Positions 37,418-48,678 of a stretch of 64,000 nt of DNA are shown piece by piece. The stretch lies in assembly GCA_003971905.1 (NCBI GenBank), contig RSEE01000128.1:62001-126000 (forward strand). The letters are read 5' to 3'. This DNA is from Moniliella sp. 'wahieum'. Taxonomy: Eukaryota. A program made the position numbers and the translations under genes. Position 1 is the first letter of the stretch. The number at the start of each line of letters is the position of its first letter. The notes under the pieces are model-generated. The model was not told the origin of the DNA and made no database searches. It saw nothing but the letters and a program-made list of their open reading frames with translations.

Positions 37418-38873
37418 ATGGCTACCTGGAGCGGCGGCCACGTCACCCTCGCCCAGCTCAGCGCGTGTCTGGCACCAACCTGGCGCTGCTCCAGAGCGTC
37501 GGCAAGCAGCTGCAGCACCGCCACATTGCCGGCTCGGCCGCCGTGACCGAGACGACGATCAAGACGCTTCGCTCGGTCGTGCGACAAGCAAGTTCTGGGA
37601 CGTGGAGCGTCTGCTGCTCATCCTGCGTCTGTCCGGCCGCTACTTGCAGCAGTGCCAGCCGGCCGAGCCGGCGGTGGGCAATGCGACGCTGCGTGTGCTG
37701 GCGCTGTTGCGCGAAGAACTCGTTTCGCTCGACTCGACGGCGCCGCGGAAAGATGCGCGCGGGACGACGATGCGTGGCTTGCTGGCCAGCGACCCGGAAC
37801 CTTTCAAGTTGTCCGCCACTGCTCCCCACCACTCCCGCTCCGCTCCGCTATCGCTACCGCTACCGCTACCGCTACGCCACTGCGACCGCCCCGCCGCCGC
37901 GGCCGGTTCCAAGTCCGATCCCAAATCCGACTATGGCACGTTGGGCAACAAGTTCCTCGCTGATCCTGCCCAAGAAGGCGGGAGCAACACGAGCGAAAGC
38001 GACTCGGACTCGGACTCGGACCACCGCCCACAACAGCTCAACCGTGGCATCTCCCACCAACTCAAGCCCGTCCTGGCTGAGATGATGCAGGAGATGATTG
38101 ATGAGCTGGAGTTGACCAACTCCAACATCTCCAAGCTGGCTAAACAACAGGTCCACTCTGGGTACGTAACCCCCCCCCCCCCCCCTTCAGTCCCTTTCTC
38201 TTGTTCGTTCGTGCCGTAGTGCACAACTGACCCGTCCGGCATGCTGCAGCGAGCTCATCCTCACCCTCGGCCGGTCGTCGGCGGTGGAAGCGTTCCTCAA
38301 GGCGGCCGCCAAGGACCGCACGTTTTCCGTCCTGGTGCTTGAAAGTTCGCCGGGCATGTGGGGCCACAGCACGGCGGCGAACCTAGCCAAGGCGGGGATC
38401 CATACGATGCTCATCTCAGATGCGAGTTTGTACGCGTGGATGCCCAAGGTGAGCAAGGTATTGCTCGGGCGCACTTTATCTTGGCCACTGGTGCCGCGGT
38501 GGTCGAGGCGGGTGGGGCGGTGGTAGCAACAGCGGCCAAGATGCACTCTACGCCACTTCACCATCGTCGCTGGCACATACAAGATTTGTCCCAACTGGGA
38601 CGATTCCCAGCGCAGACGACGCATTCGCCCGCTTTGCCCTACCTTGCAGCTGCGCTCGAACTTGCCCTGCCGCCCGCCCAGGCTTTGCCCATCGACGACC
38701 AAATTTCCTCCCGCGCAGTGGAACAGACGGAAATCGTCGCTCCCATGTACGATCTCGTCCCACCCCACCTCATCCAGGCCCTCTTCACCAACATGGGCGG
38801 CTTCCCCACCTCCCACGTCTCCCGCCTGGTCAAGGACCAGTACCACAACGACGATGTCAGCGCCTTGGCCTAA
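37418..38873 (+). CDS. GCD7: Translation initiation factor eIF2B beta subunit; intron 38162-38249
   Basis: LQHRHIAGSAAVTETT, QPAEPAVGNATLRVLALLREE, QVHSG|ELILTLGRSSAVEAFL, PKVSKVLLG and PMYDLVPPHLIQALFTNMGG. Confidence 0.92.
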
Positions 38874-39996
38874 CCCCCTCGGGCTCTGCCTCCGTCGCAC
38901 CCTCTCCTCCCTCTCTCTCTCTCTCCCTCTCTTCTCACGCGTCTGTCCACCTGTCCACTGCTAGCCAATCCCACAGTCCCACTCCCACTCCCTCCGTGAC
39001 CATCCCCCGCATGGGCGCACCAGCCCCACCCCGAGAGGGAAGCCCACCGCCCAGGGCCCGAAACACAGGCAGGATGCATAGATTCTCCCGGGACCCCAGT
39101 CCGCTTTTGTTGCCCGCCCCGCGCTAGCTCTAGCTCTCGCCGTCAGGTTCTTGCCAGCCTGGTTTCCCACCCAGCGCTCCGCCACACAAGTATCCACCGC
39201 ACCGCTGCCCACCGCCCACCGGCACACAGGTCCCGCACCGAGACCAGCACCTGTTGGTCAGCCTCCTGGACTGGACGCACCATTGCTTCCTCCTCGCCCA
39301 CGTCCCAACCGCTTGGCCGTGGCCCTGTCCGAGGCCGAACAGGAATCCCGTGGCGGCCCATTCATTCGCCCGTGGGCAACTGAACGTGGGGCGCAGGAGG
39401 GTACCGTGCGTCGGCCTACCCGCTCAGGGCTGTGCCTGTACCGCCGCTCCCACACACAGCACTTAGTACCGTCAGTGCTCAGTCGCTCTCGTCGTGGGCG
39501 TCGCTGCGGCCCGTCGGGGGAAGGGGTCTAGGCGGCATCTCGTGAGGGGGCGCACAGCCCGACTCCGAGGCGCTTGGACCGCAGCCGACCGTGGCACAGG
39601 TAGGAGGTCGTGGACATGACGCCGGGGATCCCACGCAGGCTACGATCCAATGCTTGTGGTGCATTCGGATCCACCGTGCGTCAGCTCTGGGTACGTGTCA
39701 GTACGTGTCAGTCCCACTGGCACCACCAGACGAGGGAAGCAGGAGCGAACGACCGAGCACGGCGCACGGCGCACCGTTCATCTTGCCGCTGGCCGCTCTC
39801 TGCCCGCCGGGGTAGCGTGTAGTGCCTCGTGTGGCACGTCTGGACCAGAGGAGCGAGGTCTATCTAGAGTATAGTCGCTCTCTGGTCCCCTACTACTAAC
39901 CATCACTGCAGTGCGGCTGGCCAGCTCCTTGTTGGTGTCAGTCTGTGGCCCCCGTCCACCCCGGGTGGCGCTCTGCAGCGCTTCGTAACGCTTCCT

Positions 39997-39997
<1 letters not shown>

Positions 39998-40035
<38 letters not shown>

Positions 40036-40041
40036 CTCTCT
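39998..40041. repeat. (CT)n/(CTTT)n microsatellite
   Basis: Directly visible. Confidence 0.9.
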
Positions 40042-40666
40042 CTGGGGGGGCGCAACCTCGCCATGCACACCAATGGCGCAATGTAGTCTGCTGAATCCAA
40101 AACAGGTAGAGGGGGGGTGCACGTCCCCACGGGACGCGAGACGATCAGAAACGAGCGAGATGAAGGGATTCGCCGCGGGCAGCCTGCGTCCATCAATAGC
40201 TTTTCTGCAACGTGAGCCGCGGGTGGACGTATATCCAGCATGGTGGCATTGCACTGACGCCCATCCGAACTCGCCGCCTATAGTATACGAGACGATGAGA
40301 AGAAGAGAGCCGGAGAAGAAGCAGGAGCGCATGGACTGGGTAGGTCGGTGGGTGGACGACGAACAACTCAGACGACTTCGGTACGTTGAGTTGACCTGGT
40401 AGCGGGTAGGGGAGAGCAGTGCTAAAGCTGGAACTCCAGCGGAGCAGTGGATGGGAGGGTAAGCAAAGGGGCTACAGTAGAGCCTGTGGGCCCTAAACAA
40501 GGATATGAGCATTGTAACAACAAAGTAAGGAGGCCGAGAGGGGGGGTGGGGTATGGACAACAAGTGGTGTGAACCAGACACAACAAAACAAAACAATAAA
40601 GCGAAATCTGTGGGGAGGTATATAAGGGGGGTGAGCAACCCTGGGCCGTGGGCGAGGGGGGGGGGG

Positions 40667-41171
40667 TTAGATCAAGGAAGATAAGTGCGATCGTCGTGCG
40701 TTCCAGCAGGTGGAGCAGTACGCTGCGAATTCGTTTGGGCGCGGTAGGCCAGGTGGCAAAACACGTCGCACTGTGAACACTGCATGTTCTTGATCCGGCT
40801 CCTCGACCTGGGCGATCAAAGGGGGACGAAGCATTGGGTTAGCTGCTACAGTGTGCGTGGGGTGTGCGTGGCCCGTGCACAGGCGGCGGTACCGGGGGGG
40901 GCGTACCATCCAATGTAAGGCCCAGCGGGGGAGCGCGCGGGGTGTGCCTGGGTGGCGCGCAGGGGGGAGGTGGCGACGGGCGAGTGGGGCGGGGCGAGCA
41001 TGATGCGCCCAGGCGGCGAGGGGGAGGAGGAAGAGGAGGCGGAAGAGGAGACGAAGAGCAAGAGCAAGAGGCTGATGGCGTTGGCGCCGAGAGAGCGGAG
41101 GAGGACGGGGAGGAAGCGGGAGGACCCGTGCCGGGGGGGCGGGTGGAGCTGGCAGCAGGGAGGGTGGACAT
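40667..41171 (-). CDS. Small spliced protein (about 135 aa) with a C-terminal C-x2-C-x17-C-x2-C zinc finger; intron 40808-40906
   Basis: TATAAT at 41254-41259; GTACGC donor, GCTAAC branch and CAG acceptor. The spliced read is GPYIGW|SRSRIKNMQCSQCDVFCHLAYRA, and one homopolymer base adds (P/Q)NEFAAYCSTCWNARRSHLSSLI*. Confidence 0.55.
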
Positions 41172-43689
41172 GCTGGTGGGAGGTGCAATGCGCAGAGCAA
41201 GCAGCGGACAGAGCAGGCGGTCGCATGGACATCTACACCGAAAGGGCTGGGTTATTATAAGGGCTTGTGAGGCTATAGCAGGGTGCGGTGGAGCAGCGCG
41301 GGAGCAGTGCAGTCGACTCTCATCCTGTGCAGTGGGTTTCTGCGGCGCATCCACATGTCTTTTTGTGGGTGGACACGGAAAGGGGAAGAAGGGATTTTGC
41401 TCACAGGCCGTTCAGGGGTGGCGATTTTGATGAATGGCCGAGAGACGGGAGGAGCAGCAGAGCGCTCGTTGGATCCAGACGACAAAGAGAGGGCCGGCAG
41501 GATGGCGCAGCCGATGAACGGGCTGTGGAATCCTCCACAACAACTCATATGTGTTCCGTTGATGTGTGCGTTGTATTCGCTACCGGGGGGGCGCCACACA
41601 ACCGCACGCCCACACGGCAGGAGCACGCAGCGCAAACCGGACAGAGCCCCCTTTTGCGATTCAAGAGTGGGTCTGGACACCAAGAGGGGCCGCCGCGCAG
41701 GCACGTTTATAGATGGCCCAGCTGTTCCCAGCCAAACGAGAGCTAATTGGCCGGAGCATCCGCTGGACAGAAATGATATGGGCTGGACCGCCGGCATCAC
41801 TGCCCTGGGGCAGCAGCTCTGTCTCCCCGCCCTCGGTTGTTTCCAGCATTACTGTCACTGATGAACATCTCAACGTCCACAGCGCCTACTATAGTTGCCC
41901 GTTTCGACATACCTGTGTGGATGCATCCTTTGGCGTGTGTCGCACAGCGGATGGACAGCTACGTGCGCCAACCTGTGCGTCTACAGCGGGGGTGCGGGTG
42001 TGTTGCGCGCAAGACGAAAAGGGGGCAAAGGGGGGGCAAGGGGGGGCAGCACGAATGGCCAAACAAGAGAGGAGGTAGAGAGGGGGCCGGAGGCAGGCGG
42101 GAGCAGAGAGACAGGCACGGGGGGAGCGTCATCGGCTCCTCACTGCCCCCTTCCGCGGGCCGATCGCAGACGCAATATTGATAGGAAGGCAATCGGGCAT
42201 GAGAAACGTTCAACCGCAGCTCCACAGGGTACTCTACACTTGCTGTACTTGGCGTTCCTCAGGATTCAATGTCCGCAGCAACTGCCACCTTTGCCACCGC
42301 CACTTCTTCGCTCTACTGATCACCTCGTTTCCGCTTACATTGCTACCGTCGGAGTAGCCCTCTACTTGAAGGCGATTGCCGAATAGAGTGCTCTGCCTCC
42401 ATGCCGCAGCGCTACATACTTTCGACTTGTCGGAGCAAAAGCGGAATGCGATAGGAGACCACAATACGCTTCCTGCGGGCCACACTCCAAAAGCCGTTCT
42501 CCCCCCTGGTCATGATGAAGCGCGTGGTATTACCGCTATGCGAAGACGGCCCAGAAGATGTTTTCGGAAGCACGGTGAAGAAGGAATTGACGATGAGCCA
42601 GCGGCGGATACAAGTGCGCAGCATTTCTTTGGTCATCCAGCTTGAGACTCTTGAGGAGCTCTGCAAACGACACAAGAACACACACCTGTGTTGGGAGCAA
42701 TATTATGGAGCCCCATCGGACCTGCCTGGGTTGGACGTTGGGCGGTGGATACTATTTTGCTTGGGGCTTTGTTTTCGTCGAGCGGCAGAGTAAGCACCGC
42801 CCACCGTATCCTATTCCGGTGGGGGGGCAGTCGATATGATCTACTTGACCGCACGTCTCCCAGCAGCGTTTCCTTTTGGCGACACAGCTTTTGTTTTCCT
42901 TGGTACTGGGCGGGTGAGCAGGCGGGCCAAGGGCATGTCGATCGTGGCGGATCCGGGATGGACGGGGGCAGTCGAGGGTGGGTTGGAGGGGGGCCTGGGC
43001 GATCAGGATGCAGGCGAGAGAGGAGAGGGCCGATGGGGATGGGGATGACGATGAGGGTGGGGACGGGGCAGAGCGATGAGCCTGGCCAGCGCGCCACACG
43101 GCGTGAGACGCGGGCAGAACCCACTGGGGGCGCCACACGTGACACGTGTGATGGGCCGCTGTCACCGTCACGCCGAGCACGTGGTCCTTGGCCTGGCTGG
43201 GTGCTGCGCCCGCCTGCGCCACTCCGCCGGCGCCACACGGAAGACACCCGTCAGCGTCCCCGACGCTGCGTCTGCCGCCATCCCGTCCAGCACATCCCCC
43301 GGCCAAACTACAAACCGAGGCAAGCCCACGCAAGGGTCCGCCCTGCGTGTCTGCGGCGCAACCGACCAGCCGTGTGAGATGGAGAGACGCGGGTGACACG
43401 GGCACAGACAGACGACGCGAGGGACGAGTGAAGCCTGACACTTGACGCTGGAAGCTTGGATTCGGCACAGACAGGCGGAGGTGGGCGGCCTGGGTGCGGT
43501 TGCGCAGGGAAGGGTGCTGGGGCAGCATGGCTTTGGTAAGGGCAGGGGGTTTGGTTTGTTCCCCGTAGCAGACAGCAACCGCAGCCGTTGGTTGCTAGTT
43601 ATACTTGCTCGTCGTGCCCTCCACCACCCACACCCCAACACACCGCCTCTTCCGCCGCCCTCTTGCTCGTGGGGTTGAGTGCCACCGCC

Positions 43690-46600
43690 ATGCACCCCGC
43701 TCCGCTGTCGACCAGCACCGCCTCGGCCAGCACCGCCTCGGCCAGCCACCTCGTCCCGCTCCGACCGCTCCTCTGTCGACGCCGACGCCGATGCCGATGC
43801 TGATGCCGTCGGTGCGTCCCCCCCCCACGCCGCGTGCGCCTCGGCGGACGAGGCAGGCGCGGCGGGCGGGTACGGCTGCCCCACGTGCGGCCACCGCTTC
43901 CGGCGCAAGAACGGGCTGAGCCGGCACATGCGCTCCCACACGGGCGAGAAGCCGTTCGGGTGTCTGCTCTGCAACTTCCGCTCCACCCGCACCGACAGCC
44001 TCCAGCGCCACATGAAGCTCCACACCACCCGCCGCCCTCGCGCTTCCACCGCGCCTGGGCCACCAGCCTCCTCCCGCCGCCGCCGCCGCCGCCGCGCCTC
44101 GCGCGACGCCGCCCACCACCGCCTCTCCCACCCCTACTACCCCTGGGCCTCCGCCCGCGCGCCCCGCGCCCACGCCCACCACGCCGACGCGCCTGCCTTT
44201 CGCCCCGGCGCCACCTACCCCGCCGCGCCCCTCCAGACCGTCAGCCCGGCTTCCCGGCGCCCACCCTGGCCCACGCCGACGGACGCGGCCAGTTCGGCAC
44301 TCTGGACAGCTTCGGCCCCGACGCTGCCTCGGCCATGGCCTCCATCCTCAAGCCAACCACGGGGCCCATGGCCGCAGCCGCCGCTCTCCCGCCCGCGCGC
44401 CTCTCGTCCGACTCGTACTCTGGCTCCCTCTCCTCTCGCTCTGGCAGCTCCGGCTCTATCCACAGCCACGCCGCCCGCGCAGCTTGGACCTGAGTCTGGG
44501 CGCAGCCCCTGGCGGCGTGTACGCGCCGCTGCCTCCGTCGGGCAGCCCGTGGAGCGCCGCCGGTGCGATGGCCCCGGGCCAACCGGCGAGAGGCGACGGA
44601 ACGACAGCACGCAGTGCATTTAGTTCGCCTCGCAATAGCTTTGCCCTGCCCCCGGCGCCTTCGCACCATCGGTCCGTGTGGAATGCCCAGCAACAAGAGA
44701 AGTCCACCACGTTGATCCCATCTGCCTCGTCTTCCGTCGGCACCACTGCGTCCACCACCATCTCCTCGTCTGCCTTGGCACCGCCGCCTCCGCCCCCGCC
44801 TGCGCCCGCACCGGCGCCCGGATCCGTGTCTGCGCCCGCGCCCCGCCATCCCCCAAATCCACATTACCGAGGGGTTTCCCTCCTCGACCGATTTCGACTT
44901 TGGCCAACTCTTCACCTCGGCCCTGGCGGAAGAGTCGGCGGGGGGATTTGACTCGTACATGGCCCAAGCCGCCAGCCTTTTCTCGCCGAAAAACAAGTCA
45001 GTATGGAAGATACACAGCAAACGTCTCTCTCTACTTTCCTCTCTGGTGGCGCTGTCTACCCTCCGCCTCTGGAGACGGATACGCACACGCACACGCACAC
45101 GCACAAGCACGCCGAATTGCTTGGCCCGCGCCCGTTCTGTCCACCAACGCACGCCTCCCTACCCCACACAACAGCCAAGTCCCCCACTCCAACCGACACT
45201 TGTCCTCTTTGTGCTCAACTTTAATCGACACCTTCCCTTTATCCATGTTGCCACCATCCCGCAACTGTTCGACGACATTTTGGATGCAAGCGGCGAGGTC
45301 AAGATGACCAGCCAAGCCAAGCAGATTGACCATCTCAAGCCATGCACAGAAGATGTTCTGCGGGCCATGGCGATCGTCGGAGCTTCGTACGATAGCATGG
45401 CTCCCTCGGACCACGGTGGCTTTGTCCCTGTGGCAGGAGAGGCACAGAGCGGTGGCCAGGTGGCCGAGGCGACGCCGCTGTCGGTGGATTGGTACGGTGC
45501 GTCAGAGCTAAAGAACAAGTTGTTGGCCGACCTGGCGGACCATCCACCGTCCACCGTACGAGCCACGTTTGCCCCGGCCCCGATTCGCTGTTTAAAGACT
45601 TTTTGCACGAACCCACCCTTCTCCGTCGCGCCCAGGCCTTGGTGCTTCTCCAACTTGTCTCGCTCTTTCGCAGTCCCGCGCGCACCAGAACCATGCGCGC
45701 CTTCTCCATGGCGCCCTGGTTGCGATCGGAAGAGAGCTTCTGACGGAAACTGCGCAACGCGAAGCGCTCGACCAGCAACTCGCCCTTCAGTCCGGCCAAC
45801 TGAGCGCGCACGAAACCTGGCGCCAATGGGCTCGGCACATGGAACGCAAACGTACCATCTGGGCCATCGCGATTTGCGATGCGCTTCAATCCGTCCTGTT
45901 CCGTGTCCCGCCGTTTCTGCAGCCCACCGAGCTGAGCCAGATCGACTTGGCCAACTTGGGTGACCCAGCCATGTGGCAGGCCTCGTCCGAGGCCAGCTGG
46001 AGCGCGTTGCGCCATGCCGCTTCCCCGCCCCGCCGCGGCGCAGCGTCGGCACCTCCTCCGCCTCCATCCCCTCGGTCCTGACTGCGCTCTTGGACGCCCA
46101 CTGACGAGCCGGCGGCAGCACAACTGGCCTTGCTTGGGCCCTGTGGCAACTTGGCCATCGCCCTGTCGCTCCTGGCTGCCGTCACACAGGCGCTGCGCGT
46201 TGAAAGTCAACGCTGGCACAGTGTACGGGAAGCGGCGGGGCGTTGCGCTGCTTGAGCGCGACGGGCAGCAGGAACGGGTGGTGCAAGTGCAGTTGTCGCT
46301 ACTGCAACTCGACGCGACGCAGCACACGACGCTGCAGACGACGGTTGAGGCGTTGAAAAGCGACATGGCACGTGAACGGCAGCGCTTGCACCGTGGCCTG
46401 ACGCGGTTCCGCACCTTGGCGCGGATGGACGTGCCGGGCCCGAGGCGGGGGCAGCCGGGTGGGTGGAGGAAAGTGCGTCGGTACTGTGTGCGGGGGAGAC
46501 GCTGGTGCGGACGCTCGGTCCGAGCGAGCACGAGCAGGAGCACGAGCGTGAGACGCCACGCGAGCTAGCGGAACAAGTGGCCCTAGCCCCGTCGGCACCA

Positions 46601-46800
46601 GTGCGCCACTCGCCCGATCCGACTGCTCGCCTGCTCGTCTCGCTCCGTCGGGCGCTTCGTACGTGCGCTTGCCCCGCTCGTACGCGCTTGTACCCCCAAC
46701 TGCCCACCCGCTCGCCCCGCCCATGCACACGGGGCTGCCCGACGACCCGTCCGTCGAACCACCTCGTTCCGCGGCTTCTTCCCGCGCCTCCACTAGTCTA
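43690..46800 (+). CDS. C2H2 zinc-finger transcription factor with a fungal-specific TF middle-homology domain; 3' end uncertain
   Basis: CPTCGHRFRRKNGLSRHMRSH-TGEKPF-GCLLCNFRSTRTDSLQRHMKLH; middle-homology segments FNRHLPFIHVAT, LRAMAIVGASY and ERKRTIWAIAICD. Confidence 0.88.
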
Positions 46801-47573
46801 CTCCCCCCGACCCCCGCTCGCTTCCTACCCCTTTCTTGTCTCGCGCCGTACGCCCGTCGGGCCCAGATCTCGAATTTTCTTGGGCCCGGTACCTCCTTCT
46901 TCCCCTCCCCGGCTTCTCCCGTCGGGCCCCGCTGTCGTTCGTCGGGCACCGTGCGAACCGACCCGCAGGGCCCCAGAGGAGCCCCCGCCCACAGTAGTGT
47001 CGTGTGCCTCGGTAGCTTTGTTTTTGTTCGGGGGGAAGCACCTCAACTCCCTTCTCCCCCCCCCCCTGCTCTGTTGCCTGCTTCTATCTATCGTTTCTAC
47101 CTATCGTCTCTTCCTATCGTCTTCCTATCGTTTCGTGTCCCGTCCCCCCTTGTCCCCACGTGGCGGGGTGCTGCAAGCATGCCATCACATACCGCTCGCT
47201 TTGCCGCTTAGGGTGGCGTCCATCCATCTCGCTCCGCTGGCACCACCTGCCTTCCTAGCACGCTAGACTAGACCAGAACAGTGACTAGTCACTAGTCACT
47301 AATCAAGCTTCAAGCTTCACGCTTCATGTTTGCTCTTTACGCTTCACACCACCCCCCGCCCAGAGCACTTGCGCTCCCCTCTTGTTTGGTCCCACCATGC
47401 CATGCCAACGGCGACGGTCGCGCGTGGCACGCTTGGAACGTGGCACCGTACCGCTGGACACCCGCTCGGTAGCATGGCCAGGCCACGCTCCCGCCCAACC
47501 GATGACCTTGCCAGGCCCAGCCCCCGAACGAAGCAAGGGAGGCAACAGCCCAGTGCGGTGCGTCGAGACGCAA

Positions 47574-48372
47574 TCAAAAGTCCAACCGCATCGCATATGC
47601 ATCTTCGCCGTCGGCGTCTGGACAAGGAGGAAAGAAAAAGAAAAAGGAGAATCGAAACAGAAACGAAAAGAGAAGGTTGGGTCAGTGCCTGTCGCTCATA
47701 GCTCGTTCAAGAAGGGAAGGGCGAAAGCAATTGGGCAAAGAGGATAACCCCTTCGTGCTTCGCCTCGTAGCCCCTCCCTCCCTCTGGTGCCGTACGCCCC
47801 GCGCGCTCAACGTTCTGACGTGCGTCTGCTTGGGAGAGCGGTGCAGGGGGGAGGCGGGGGCGTCAACGTACAGTAACCCTTCTCCACTCCGCCCGGCTTG
47901 AAGCCGAGTGCGTCGCGGTACAAGCCAATCGCTGCCCGGTTGGTTTCCCGCACATGCAGCGTGACGTACTTGGCATCAAACACCTCCTTCATCGCTCGTT
48001 CTATGCCGTGTCAGCTCCGGTGCCCATCAGCTGAACGGGGAAACAGGGACGAATCCACGGGAGGAGAGGGGGGGGGGCACGTACGACTTTGGCGCATAGT
48101 TTCTGCGCAATGCCCAGCCGGCGGTACGTCCTCAACACCGAGATGGAGGTGACGTGACCATGCGGGATACCATCTTCCGGGTTCTCATCCATCTTGCCCA
48201 AGATGTACCCGACAATCTTGCCCGTCTCGGGGTCCTCGGCGACGTAGGTGAGCTGCGGCCAGGTCAGCGCATGGTACAGGTAGTACTGCATCGTGTAGTT
48301 CTCAGGCAGGTCGTGCAGGTTCACGTCCTGGCACCCGGCCATGTCCTTCACGGTGGCCTCGCGGATGTTCAT
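47574..48372 (-). CDS. ARD1: NatA catalytic subunit (N-terminal acetyltransferase); introns about 48002-48083 and 47618-47871
   Basis: [57 protein letters not shown] and [16 protein letters not shown]. Confidence 0.96.
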
Positions 48373-48678
48373 CGTGCGCGGTGGCGGTGGCGATGGGGTG
48401 GTGGTGGTGGTGGTAGGGGTGGTAGTGGTTGTGGTGGTAGTCAGGGGGGGGGGGAAGGCCGGGCGAGGGCCAACACGCCAGACGGAACGTTTGATCGTTT
48501 CATCCTTTCAGCCCATTTCGTCCGCCTGGCGCCCACTGGGCCACTCGGTGTCGATGCAAACCGCACCCACTATTTTTTTTCCTGCCCCCCGTTGCCCCGT
48601 TGCCCCCGCCCCACCGCACCACCACTACCACCACCACCACCAGCCCCCCGCTTTGGACACTGGAAGGGGACGCGAGCC

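Noticed and set aside
39778..40638. 286-aa minus-strand ORF
   Set aside because: Non-ATG start; runs through a (GA)n microsatellite and pyrimidine-rich sequence that looks like the 3' UTR of the 40667-41171 gene.
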